From: Chloroflexota bacterium
Lineage (GTDB): Bacteria > Chloroflexota > Limnocylindria > Limnocylindrales > CSP1-4
Reading direction: 5' to 3'
DNA length: 64,000 nucleotides
Assembly (NCBI GenBank): GCA_040752335.1
Contig: JBFMEV010000012.1
Span: 6,487-70,486, forward strand
The translations under genes and the position numbers were made by a program. The notes beneath the pieces are model-generated. The model was not told the origin of the DNA and did no database searches. It saw only the letters and a list, made by a program, of their open reading frames with translations. This document shows, in pieces, positions 30,965-39,449 of the stretch (the first letter of the stretch is position 1; each line of letters begins with the position of its first letter).

Positions 30965-31011
30965 CGGGGGTTCATCGGCGACTCAGGGGCGCTCGATCGG
31001 CTCGACGGCGG

Positions 31012-31275
31012 TCAGCGGCCGCGGACGTCGGCGACGCTCATCGTGTGGGGATCCAGCCCCCCCGACGCGTCGTGTTCCTCGAAGGAGAGACCGAGGCCCT
31101 CGAAAGCGGCCCGGGTCGCGGCCGCGTCCGAGGTCGTGAGCATGAGCGCGCCGTCGGTGTCCTCGGCCACCCCGACGATGCCGGTGATGTTCACGCCGCG
31201 CTCAGCGAGGGCCGTCGCCACGCGGGCGAGCGAGCCGGGCCTGTCGTCGAGCTGGACCGTGAACCAGACCGTCAC
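31012..31275 (-). CDS. Stand-alone ACT-domain protein
   Basis: SD AGGAGG; LDDRPGSLARVATALAERGVNI. Confidence 0.88.
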   Translation of the reverse strand: MTVWFTVQLDDRPGSLARVATALAERGVNITGIVGVAEDTDGALMLTTSDAAATRAAFEGLGLSFEEHDASGGLDPHTMSVADVRGR

Positions 31276-31382
31276 CGGGCACCTCCTGTGTGTCCACGAT
31301 GGTACCGGACCGCTACCCTTCGGCCGATGCCGCTGCCCACCGTCGCCCGCCTCGTCCTCGAGTCCGGGAACCCGGCCGCTGC

Positions 31383-31760
31383 GTGAGTCCCGCCCCGGGC
31401 CCCGGGCCACTCATCCAGGTCTTCGGTCGAGAGGACTCGCCGGAGACCCGGGCCGCCCTGCGGTTCTTCAAGGAGCGGCGCCTCGCGATCCACTTCGTCG
31501 ACCTCCGCCGGAAGCCGATCGCGGCCGGCGAGCTTCGACGCTTCGTGGAGCGGCTGGGTGCCACGGCTCTCGCGGACACCGCCGGCCGAGCCTGGACCGA
31601 GGCCGGCCTGGGCTACCTCCGGATGACCCCGGACGAGCTTGCGGAGCGGATCCTCAGGGACCCGCGCCTCCTGCGATTGCCGCTCGTCCGGGTCGGCAAC
31701 GGGTTCGCGGCCGGCCGCGACGAGGCGGCCTGGCGGCGGCTCCTGGCCGGGGCCGGCTGA
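31383..31760 (+). CDS. ArsC/Spx/YffB-family protein lacking cysteines
   Basis: IQVFG..S..TRAALRFFKER...GELRRF...PRLLRLPLVR. Confidence 0.8.
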   Translation: MSPAPGPGPLIQVFGREDSPETRAALRFFKERRLAIHFVDLRRKPIAAGELRRFVERLGATALADTAGRAWTEAGLGYLRMTPDELAERILRDPRLLRLPLVRVGNGFAAGRDEAAWRRLLAGAG

Positions 31761-31810
31761 CCGGGGTAGCCGCTGTCGAGCCATGCCGCCCGGCGACACG
31801 GATCGGCAGG

Positions 31811-31985
31811 GTGTGCCGTGGGGCGGTCGATCTCGACCGATCGGACGGTTTCGGCGAGACGAACCAGGTCTCTGGTCTGCGGGAAGCTGCCGGTTCTTTT
31901 CCCGTGTGCCGCGGGGCGACCGAAGTCGACGCCCGGGTGCGGTCGGCATGTCCGACCTGGTCGAGATCAACCGTGGCGCGGCACA
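31811..31985. repeat. REP/BIME-like cluster of three 27-bp palindromic units
   Basis: Direct copies at 31811 and 31904, inverted copy at 31959-31985; core GGTCGA-tc-TCGACC. Confidence 0.65.
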
Positions 31986-32002
31986 GACTCGTGGGCCGTG
32001 CG

Positions 32003-32236
32003 TCAGCGGCGGGGAACCTCGCGGAGCGCGACGAGGCTGCCGACACCCATCGTTGCCAGCCCGATCACGACCCACGTCGGGTCGCCGATCATGAAGCTGC
32101 GGCCGGCGGTCAGGATGCCGGCGCCCTGGAGGGTCCAGACGAGACCGGCGAGGACGAGCGCCACGGCCAGGACCAGGCGCAGCCGGGAGCGCCGGGCCGG
32201 CGAGGATGGCGGGGCCCCGGTGTCGCCGTCGGTCAT
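32003..32236 (-). CDS. Small two-TM membrane protein
   Basis: GLVWTLQGAGIL..SFMIGDPTW pattern; CATCCT 6 nt before ATG. Confidence 0.75.
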   Translation of the reverse strand: MTDGDTGAPPSSPARRSRLRLVLAVALVLAGLVWTLQGAGILTAGRSFMIGDPTWVVIGLATMGVGSLVALREVPRR

Positions 32237-32283
32237 GGGCGTAGGATGCACCTCGTCCCAGGCCAGCGGTATCGGAGGTCAAC

Positions 32284-33102
32284 GTGTCCGGTCGCGACGA
32301 TCCCGGTGACTCGAGCCTCGACCACCGCGGCGAGCCGATCAGCGACCACCGCCGCAGCGGCCGCCTGACGATCGGGCCGCGCGCGGCGGCGAAGATGGCC
32401 GGCGGCCCGCGGATGACCGAGGACCGCAAGCTCCTGGAGCCGACGGAACGTCCGGCCTTCCTCAACACGGACCCCTGGCGCGCGCTCCGGATCCTCGCCG
32501 AGTTCGTCGAGGGCTTCGATGCCCTGGCCACGATCGGGCCGGCGATCACGATCTTCGGCTCGGCCCGGATCGGGCGCGAGTCGCCGCTGTACGAGCAGAC
32601 CCGGGAGATCGCCCGCCGCCTCGCCCGGGAGGGCTACGCCATCATCACCGGCGGCGGGCCGGGGCTCATGGAGGCGGCCAACCGCGGCGCCCAGGAAGGC
32701 GGCGGGATGTCCGTCGGCTGCAACATCGAGCTGCCCCACGAGCAGGACCTCAACGAGTACGTCGACCTGGGGGTCGCCTTCCGCTACTTCTTCGCCCGCA
32801 AGACGATGTTCGTGAAGTACGCCGACGGCTTCGTGATCATGCCCGGCGGCTTCGGCACCATGGATGAGCTGTTCGAGGCGGTCACCCTCATCCAGACCGG
32901 CAAGATCGAGCACTTCCCGATCATCCTCGTCGGGTCGGCGTTCTTCGGCGGCCTGCTGGACTGGATCCAGGCGCGCCTCGTCGGCGACGGCATGATCGAC
33001 GCCGCCGACCTCGACCTCGTCGTGGTGACCGACGACCCGGACGAGGTCGTCGAGATCATGAAGCGCGCCTCCCGCCGACGTGCCCACGAGCAGCCGGCCT
33101 GA
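32284..33102 (+). CDS. LOG-family (TIGR00730) nucleotide phosphoribohydrolase
   Basis: IFGSAR, TGGGPGLMEAANRGA, FFARKTMF, PGGFGTMDE; true start may be downstream. Confidence 0.93.
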   Translation: MSGRDDPGDSSLDHRGEPISDHRRSGRLTIGPRAAAKMAGGPRMTEDRKLLEPTERPAFLNTDPWRALRILAEFVEGFDALATIGPAITIFGSARIGRESPLYEQTREIARRLAREGYAIITGGGPGLMEAANRGAQEGGGMSVGCNIELPHEQDLNEYVDLGVAFRYFFARKTMFVKYADGFVIMPGGFGTMDELFEAVTLIQTGKIEHFPIILVGSAFFGGLLDWIQARLVGDGMIDAADLDLVVVTDDPDEVVEIMKRASRRRAHEQPA

Positions 33103-33240
33103 GCCGACACCGGGGTGCCTTGGCACGGGCGGTGTCGCGGCGGCGCTCCGGTGCGTTCTGGTCGGGCGGACGACCGGCGTATGCCGCGGGTTCCAAACGG
33201 CTGCCGCTGATCGTCGACATCGCGCACCTCGACCGCGGCG

Positions 33241-33735
33241 TCAGGGGACCGGCAGGGAGGCCTCGATCGCCCCATCCACGACGCGGACCGGGTAGTACCG
33301 GAGTCGCCGGACACGGGTCAGGCGACGCGCCTCCGCCTTGGGCCCCGGCGGATCGACCTTCGGCTCGCCGCCGGACGGGCTCCAGGTCGAGTGGTAGACG
33401 CCGTCCGGATCGAGGCCCCCGGTCGTCGGCATCCGGACCGGGTCGCCCGAGCACAGGTCGAACCGGCCCTGGTGAAGCGGGCAGGCCACGACGCAGCCGG
33501 CGAGCTCGCCGATCGACAGTGGCGCCGACATATGGGGGCAGCGGTCGTCGGTGACGACGACGCCGGCCGGGGTGTGGGCGATCAGCAGGTCGAGGTCCCC
33601 GTGGGTGACCCGGCGCATCGAGCCCGGCGGGAGCGTCGCCGCATCGAGGAGCACGGTCCATGAACCGCTCGCGGCACCCGGTGCGGTGAGCGAGGACGGG
33701 AACGGCGCGATCGCTGCCGAGGGGTTCGCCTTCAC
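33241..33735 (-). CDS. Rieske [2Fe-2S] ferredoxin
   Basis: CPH...CPLH motif; TACGAT upstream of GTG. Confidence 0.88.
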   Translation of the reverse strand: MKANPSAAIAPFPSSLTAPGAASGSWTVLLDAATLPPGSMRRVTHGDLDLLIAHTPAGVVVTDDRCPHMSAPLSIGELAGCVVACPLHQGRFDLCSGDPVRMPTTGGLDPDGVYHSTWSPSGGEPKVDPPGPKAEARRLTRVRRLRYYPVRVVDGAIEASLPVP

Positions 33736-33759
33736 AGGCTCGGGATCGTAACGCAGGAA

Positions 33760-33800
33760 CGCCGACGGCCCGCCCGAGGAACCAGGACAGGCCGCCGGCG
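33760..33800 (-). terminator. Hairpin downstream of the MFS gene
   Basis: Long GC stem with G-U pairs on the minus strand followed by TTCC. Confidence 0.55.
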
Positions 33801-33827
33801 CGAAGAGGAGCGAGGGGGTGAGGCCGG

Positions 33828-35576
33828 TCAGTCCGCGACAGGCATTGGCGCGGGGCGCTCCACGAGGGCGCCGGTACCGTCGCCGGCCACGGCCGAGGCA
33901 GGTGCCGGACCCATCGTCCGACGGAGCGGCAGCTCCCGCATGAACGTGGCGGCGAGGAAGGCGAGGACCGTCGCCACCACGCCGATCCAGAAGGTTTCCG
34001 CGATGGCCAGGCTCATCGAGCTGTTGAAGGCCAGGTCGAACTGCGGGATGAAGGGCTCGAGGAAGGCCCGGAACGGCTCCGGCGCCTGGCTCGCCACGAC
34101 CGTGCCGAAGCTCTGGCCGACGCCGGTCAGGTCGTTGAGGTTGACGTTGCCGCCGGCCAGCTGCTGGAAGCCCGCCTCGACCATCGGCCGCGCCTCGGCC
34201 GGCAGGCTGGCCACCAGGGACGTCTTCACCGGCTCGAGCTGGCCGGGGAGCTGGTCGGTGAGCGCCTGGCCGAACCAGGTGCCGGCGATCGCCAGCCCGA
34301 CCGATCCGCCGATCTGCCGGAAGAACGTCAGGTTGCTCGTCGCGACGCCGAGCTTGGCGAACGGCACCGCGTTCTGGACGATGATCGTGAAGACCGACAG
34401 CGTCGGGCCGATGCCCAGGCCGGCGATGAACATCCAGACGAAGAGGGCCGGGTACGAGGTATCCGCCCGGAGCTGGGTCATCAGGGTGATTCCCGTCACC
34501 ATCAACCCCAGCCCGGCCAGGACGATGGCCTTGTACCGGCCCGTGCGGGAGACGAGCGCGCCGGCCACGATCGAGCTGCCGATGAGGCCGATGAGCATCG
34601 GAAAGATGAGGTAGCCCGACGCGGTCGCGGTCTCCTGCCGGACCACCTGGAACCAGCGCGGCAGGAAGATGATCGCGCCGAAGAAGCCGAAGCTGACGAA
34701 GAACGTCGAGAGGATCGACGAGACGTAGGTCCGGTTCCGCCACAGGTCGAGCGGCACGATCGGCTCCTTCGCCCGGGCCTCGACGAGGACGAAGATCGCG
34801 CTCAGGCCGAGGCCGATGGCGATGAAGCCGCCGACGACGAGGTCCTCCCAGTCGCCCGAACCCTTGTTGGTCAGGCCGACGAGGAGGAAGCCGATGGCCA
34901 CGGTGAAGACGAGGGCCCCCAGATAGTCGAGGCTCTGCGACGGGCCGGTCCGCCGGATCGTGGGCAGGAGCTTCCAGATGACCGCCAGGCTGACGATTCC
35001 GATCGGCAGGTTGACGAAGAAGATCCAGTGCCAGCCGACGTTGTCGGTGAGGAAGCCGCCAAGGCCCGGTCCGATGAGGAACGAGATCCCGAAGACCGCC
35101 CCGAACAGCCCCTGGTACTTGCCACGCTCGGCGGGCGTGAAGAGGTCGCCGATGACGGCCAGGGCGATCGGGAAGAGAGCCCCGGCCCCCAGGCCCTGGA
35201 TGCCCCGAAAGGCGATCAGCTGCCACATCTCCTGGCTCAGCCCGGACAGGACCGAGCCGACCAGGAAGAGCCCGATCCCGATCATGAGCATCGGGCGCCG
35301 CCCGTAGAGGTCGGAGAGCTTGCCGTAGAACGGCACGGTGATCGTGCTCGTCAGGAGGTAGATCGTCACGACCCAGGTGTACAGGTCGTTGCCGCCGAGG
35401 TCGGTCACGATCCGCGGCAGGGCCGTCCCGACGATCGTCTGGTCGAGGGCGACGAGGAACAGCCCGAGGAGGACCGCGCCGAGGATCTCGAGCTTCTGGC
35501 GCTGGCTGAGACCGAGCGCCGGGTCTTCCTCGAGCGACGGCGCGGTGGCCTCGTTCTCGGCGGGGGACGCTTCCAT
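33828..35576 (-). CDS. DHA2 (EmrB/QacA) MFS efflux transporter
   Basis: LDQTIVGTALP, YGKLSDLYGRR, GWHWIFFVNLPIG; about 14 TMs. Confidence 0.95.
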   Translation of the reverse strand: MEASPAENEATAPSLEEDPALGLSQRQKLEILGAVLLGLFLVALDQTIVGTALPRIVTDLGGNDLYTWVVTIYLLTSTITVPFYGKLSDLYGRRPMLMIGIGLFLVGSVLSGLSQEMWQLIAFRGIQGLGAGALFPIALAVIGDLFTPAERGKYQGLFGAVFGISFLIGPGLGGFLTDNVGWHWIFFVNLPIGIVSLAVIWKLLPTIRRTGPSQSLDYLGALVFTVAIGFLLVGLTNKGSGDWEDLVVGGFIAIGLGLSAIFVLVEARAKEPIVPLDLWRNRTYVSSILSTFFVSFGFFGAIIFLPRWFQVVRQETATASGYLIFPMLIGLIGSSIVAGALVSRTGRYKAIVLAGLGLMVTGITLMTQLRADTSYPALFVWMFIAGLGIGPTLSVFTIIVQNAVPFAKLGVATSNLTFFRQIGGSVGLAIAGTWFGQALTDQLPGQLEPVKTSLVASLPAEARPMVEAGFQQLAGGNVNLNDLTGVGQSFGTVVASQAPEPFRAFLEPFIPQFDLAFNSSMSLAIAETFWIGVVATVLAFLAATFMRELPLRRTMGPAPASAVAGDGTGALVERPAPMPVAD

Positions 35577-35581
35577 GGGGG

Positions 35582-36124
35582 TCAGGACCTTCCTTCCGTC
35601 TTGAGTGTGCGAGCCTGGTCGTGGCCGGCCCCGAAGTCCGGCCCGAGCTCAGCGACGACCGCGCCGCGCAGGTCGTCCAGGGCAGACGCCAGGCGCTCGA
35701 GCTGCGTCGCGTCGAGATGGCTGAGGATCGCCCCGAGACCATCCTGCCTGATGGCCTCCACGGCATCGAGGGCGTCGAGACCGCCTGCGGCGATCCGGAC
35801 GAGGACGACCCGCCGGTCGTCCGGGACGCGGACGCGCTCGACGAGACCACGCTCCTCCATCCGGTCGACGATCCCCGTCGCGTTGCTCAAGGACACGTCC
35901 ATGAGCTCGGCCAGGCCGCTCATCGAGAGGGTGCCGTGGTGCTGGAGCAGCCACATCACGTGCAGGTGGGTCATGCTCACGCCTGCCTTCACGAGCCGGC
36001 CGGTGCCGGCGCAGCGGAATCCCGCGATCATGTCGTGGATGGCGGCCGCGATCCGCCGCGCGGGCGTCTCGTCCGCCTCGGGCGGGGTCGTCGGGAGTGC
36101 GGCGTCGATGCCAATAGTTCGCAT
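35582..36124 (-). CDS. MarR-family regulator
   Basis: LAELMDVSLSNATGIVDRMEERGLVER..DDRRVV. Confidence 0.93.
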   Translation of the reverse strand: MRTIGIDAALPTTPPEADETPARRIAAAIHDMIAGFRCAGTGRLVKAGVSMTHLHVMWLLQHHGTLSMSGLAELMDVSLSNATGIVDRMEERGLVERVRVPDDRRVVLVRIAAGGLDALDAVEAIRQDGLGAILSHLDATQLERLASALDDLRGAVVAELGPDFGAGHDQARTLKTEGRS

Positions 36125-36149
36125 GTAGTGAATAATCTACCTATTGGCA
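36109..36149. promoter_or_regulatory. AT-rich inverted repeat, putative MarR operator
   Basis: TGCCAATAG...GTAG-tgaataat-CTAC-CTATTGGCA spanning the marR start. Confidence 0.6.
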
Positions 36150-36198
36150 ATCATTCAGTCAACCGCGAGGAATCGCCGGGACGAGTCGGGAGGGATCC

Positions 36199-37182
36199 AT
36201 GCGCTTCGCGCTCATGATCGAGGCCCAGCAGGGCCTCTCCTACGCCGACCAGCTGGCGCTCGTCAGGCGGGCGGAGGCCGCCGGCTTCGAGGCCTTCTTC
36301 CGGAGCGACCACTACGCCAGCTTCCCGGGCCCCGCGGACAATCCCACGACCGATGCCTGGACGGTCCTCGCCGGCCTCGCCCGCGAGACCGAGCGCATCA
36401 CCCTCGGCGTGCTCGTCAGCCCGGTGACATTCCGTCACCCGGGCAACTTCGTGAAGGTCGTCACGACCGTCGACGAGATGAGCGGCGGGCGGATCGAGGT
36501 CGGCGTCGGGGCGGGCTGGAACGACGACGACCATCGGCCCCTGGGCCTCGAGTTCCCAGAGATCGGCGAGCGGGCCGACCTCATGGAAGACCAGCTGGCC
36601 CTCCTCCACGGCCTGTGGACCGAGCCCGACGGTTGGTCGTACGAGGGCCACCGCGTCCGGGTGGACGGCGGATTCCTGCGGCCCAGGCCGGTCGACGTCC
36701 CGGGCCGCCCGCGAACCGCCGACGGCAGGGTCCGGCCGCGGATCCTCGTCGGCGGCGAGGGCTCGCGGCGCGGGTTCCGGATCGCGGCACGCTATGCCGA
36801 CGAGTTCAACCTGACCTCGTCGTCCCCGGACCGGGCGGCCGGCAAGTTCGCCGAGCTGGATGCGGCCTGCCGGGCCGCCGGCCGGGAGCCGGCCTCGCTC
36901 ACGCACTCGGCGATGGTCGGGACGATGCTCGGCGCGACCGGCGCCGAGATCGAACGCCGGCGGGAGGCCCTCCTGGCCGCCCTCGGGTTCCAGGCCGACG
37001 GCGGCTCCGCCTGGTACGAGGCCCGCAAGGGCCGATGGATCCTGGGCATGCCCGACGAGGCCCGGGCCACGGTCCGCCGCTTCGCGGACGCCGGCGTGGA
37101 GCGGATCATGCTCCAGGACTTCCTGCCCTGGGACCTCGACATGGTCGACCTCATGGGCGCCGAGCTCATCGGCAAGGTCTAG
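36199..37182 (+). CDS. LLM-class (probably F420-dependent) oxidoreductase
   Basis: GFEAFFRSDHY, DAWTVLAGLARET, SPVTFRHPG, SGGRIEVGVGAGW. Confidence 0.9.
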   Translation: MRFALMIEAQQGLSYADQLALVRRAEAAGFEAFFRSDHYASFPGPADNPTTDAWTVLAGLARETERITLGVLVSPVTFRHPGNFVKVVTTVDEMSGGRIEVGVGAGWNDDDHRPLGLEFPEIGERADLMEDQLALLHGLWTEPDGWSYEGHRVRVDGGFLRPRPVDVPGRPRTADGRVRPRILVGGEGSRRGFRIAARYADEFNLTSSSPDRAAGKFAELDAACRAAGREPASLTHSAMVGTMLGATGAEIERRREALLAALGFQADGGSAWYEARKGRWILGMPDEARATVRRFADAGVERIMLQDFLPWDLDMVDLMGAELIGKV

Positions 37183-38068
37183 CTGGCCGGGCGAGCACCT
37201 GGCCCAAGCCGCGGCTGAAGCGCCACTCCGTCGTGAGGCGGAGCGTCGCGCCCGGCCCGAGGAGGTGGAGGCCGCCCGGCTCGCCCCCCAACAGGCGCCC
37301 GAGGCCCTGCGGCAGGTGGGTCTGGGGCTCGATCGCGACGGCCTCGAGGTTGGTCGGGCTGGCCAGCGCCACGCAGCGGCCGGCCTCCGACCGGAGCGAG
37401 ATCTCCGCCCGGAGCCCCAGCTTTGGCCAGTGCAGCTCCGCGATCGGATCGTCGAGGTCCGTCCAGGCCGCGTCGAGGCCGTCGGGGACGGGCCGGAGCC
37501 GTCGCAGGTCGAGGTCGCCGGTGACGGGCTGCAGCACCGCCCTGGGATCGCGGTTGGAAGGCACGACCCGCCTGCCCGCCAGGCGGACCTCGAGCGGGCG
37601 GCGGAACCAGGGATGGATGCCCAGCCCACCCGGCATCGGCTCGTCCGCGAGGTTCGTGAGCGAGAGCGCGATGTGCAGGGAGGCATCGTGGATCGTGATC
37701 CGCTGGGCCACCCTGTAGAACCACGGCCAGCCCCCACCGCCTCCTTGAACTACGAGCGAGCCATCGGTGGCACGGTCCCACGGCACGTCGACGACCTGGC
37801 CGTGGAGGGCCCACCCGTCACCGAACGACTCGGGCACCTGGACGATCCGATCGCCAACCGCCGTCGCGACCATCGGCAGGCGGTTGCACCAGGGGGCCAT
37901 CGTGTAGGCGCCCCAGCCAATCGGGTCCTCCAGGTGGACCTCGAGGCGCTCCGGCGTCCGGATGATGTCCTGCCCGAAGGCCCGAAGGCGATGAATCCGG
38001 GCGCCGAACCAGGGCAGCAGCTCGACCTCGAGCGGCCCGTCGGCGATCCGCAGGACGTCCTCGGCCAT
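37166..38068 (-). CDS. Aldose 1-epimerase (galactose mutarotase-like) protein
   Basis: MAPWCNR, ALHG, GLGIHPWF, AIEPQT. Confidence 0.85.
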   Translation of the reverse strand: MAEDVLRIADGPLEVELLPWFGARIHRLRAFGQDIIRTPERLEVHLEDPIGWGAYTMAPWCNRLPMVATAVGDRIVQVPESFGDGWALHGQVVDVPWDRATDGSLVVQGGGGGWPWFYRVAQRITIHDASLHIALSLTNLADEPMPGGLGIHPWFRRPLEVRLAGRRVVPSNRDPRAVLQPVTGDLDLRRLRPVPDGLDAAWTDLDDPIAELHWPKLGLRAEISLRSEAGRCVALASPTNLEAVAIEPQTHLPQGLGRLLGGEPGGLHLLGPGATLRLTTEWRFSRGLGQVLARPARPCR

Positions 38069-39444
38069 CAGCCGGCCAGGGTCATCGCGCGATCGGGACG
38101 GAGCAGGAACGGCGGCAGGTAGGCGGGGATGTTCGAGAGCGGCAGGACGTCGGGGTGGAGCTCGATGCCGAGGGCCTCGCCCATGAAGGCCCGGCGGGCC
38201 TGGATGCGCGACCACATCGCCGGGTACGCGGCGGCCAGGCTCGAACGCAGGGCGCCGTCGGCCAGGGCGATCCCGTCCTCGATGTTCGCCGTGAAATGGG
38301 GCCCGCCCGTCGCCGGGATGATGTCGACCTGCATGACCATCCCCGAGCGGAGCTCGATCGTGCCCCCGGGGGCGACCGGCGAGTTGACCCACTCGTCGAG
38401 GTGGAGCTGGTGGCCCGGGTTGAGGAAGATCCCGAAGAAGGGGTCGCCGAGCCGGCGATCGATGATCGCCTGCAGCTCCCCTCCACGGACCCCGACCCGG
38501 AGCGCCCCGTACCACTCGGCGACGGCCTCGAAGTAAGGCGCGACGAGCTTCTCGACGTAGTCCCCGATCTCGGCCGGCAGCTCCGCGGCGTCCTCGACGA
38601 CGAAGCCCGCCCGGCAGTTGAGCGCCCCCCAGATCCCGAAGGCGACGGTCAGCGGGTCGCCTCGCTCGATGACCCGGTCGCCGGGGCTCAGGAGCCCGTA
38701 GCGGGCCCGGGGGCCGGCGGTGAGCATGAGATGGCAGGACAGGGGGGCGCCGCTCCACTCGAGGAGCCCCACGGCCTCCCGTTCGCGAAGCCCGGGCCGC
38801 AGCCCCCACAGGAGGTTCCGGACGCCGGTCGACGTCTCGCCCGCGGCATGCTCGAAGGCCGCGATCTGCTCCGGCTCGTTGATGACGCGCAGCCCATCGG
38901 CGGCATCGATGAGGAGATCGGTGGCGTTCTCCACTGCCCCGGAGCTTCCGACGATGGAGCGGAGGGCGTCGATGAGGAAGGCCGGGGCGGCGTGCCAGGC
39001 TGGATCGGGACCCGTCTTCCAGCCGACGACCCCGATCCGGCCGCCCGTATCCACGCCGGCTTCGCGGAGGATCGCCTCGAGCGGCCTCGACCGATCCCGC
39101 GGCTGGCTCGGCAGGCTCAGCTCCTGGAAGAGGACGGCCTCGACCGGCAGCGGCGCGACCCGGGCCAGGCCGATGCACTCGTTGCCGGCCAGGAGGATCG
39201 GCCGCCCGGGGCCGCCGACGATGCAGATCGCCTCCTCGAACCGGGGGTCGAAGCCGGTGAGCCAGGCGAGGTTCGCGCTGTGCTCGCGATCCGCGTAGAC
39301 GACGAGCCGGTCGTAGCCGCGCGCCGCGGCCCGCTCCAGGAGCCGTTCGAGGCGGGCCGGATAGATCGACGCCGGCAGGGCGGGCGCGGCCTCGGAGCGG
39401 CCGAAGTCCGGCAGGTCGACGGATTCGAGCCGAGCTCGGTGCAT
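38068..39444 (-). CDS. M24 (Xaa-Pro aminopeptidase/creatinase) fold protein
   Basis: YADREHSAN..LTGFDPRFEEA, NPGHQLHLDEW, MQVDIIP, NIEDG. Confidence 0.75.
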   Translation of the reverse strand: MHRARLESVDLPDFGRSEAAPALPASIYPARLERLLERAAARGYDRLVVYADREHSANLAWLTGFDPRFEEAICIVGGPGRPILLAGNECIGLARVAPLPVEAVLFQELSLPSQPRDRSRPLEAILREAGVDTGGRIGVVGWKTGPDPAWHAAPAFLIDALRSIVGSSGAVENATDLLIDAADGLRVINEPEQIAAFEHAAGETSTGVRNLLWGLRPGLREREAVGLLEWSGAPLSCHLMLTAGPRARYGLLSPGDRVIERGDPLTVAFGIWGALNCRAGFVVEDAAELPAEIGDYVEKLVAPYFEAVAEWYGALRVGVRGGELQAIIDRRLGDPFFGIFLNPGHQLHLDEWVNSPVAPGGTIELRSGMVMQVDIIPATGGPHFTANIEDGIALADGALRSSLAAAYPAMWSRIQARRAFMGEALGIELHPDVLPLSNIPAYLPPFLLRPDRAMTLAG

Positions 39445-39449
39445 GGCGG

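Noticed and set aside
28817-32368. 1183-aa plus-strand ORF
   Set aside because: Antisense shadow of xth, DUF5612 and ACT genes; no motifs; expected at this GC content
33103-33240. Intergenic hairpin GACACCG...CGGTGTC as an ncRNA
   Set aside because: Short stem between convergent genes; more simply a terminator-like or chance structure
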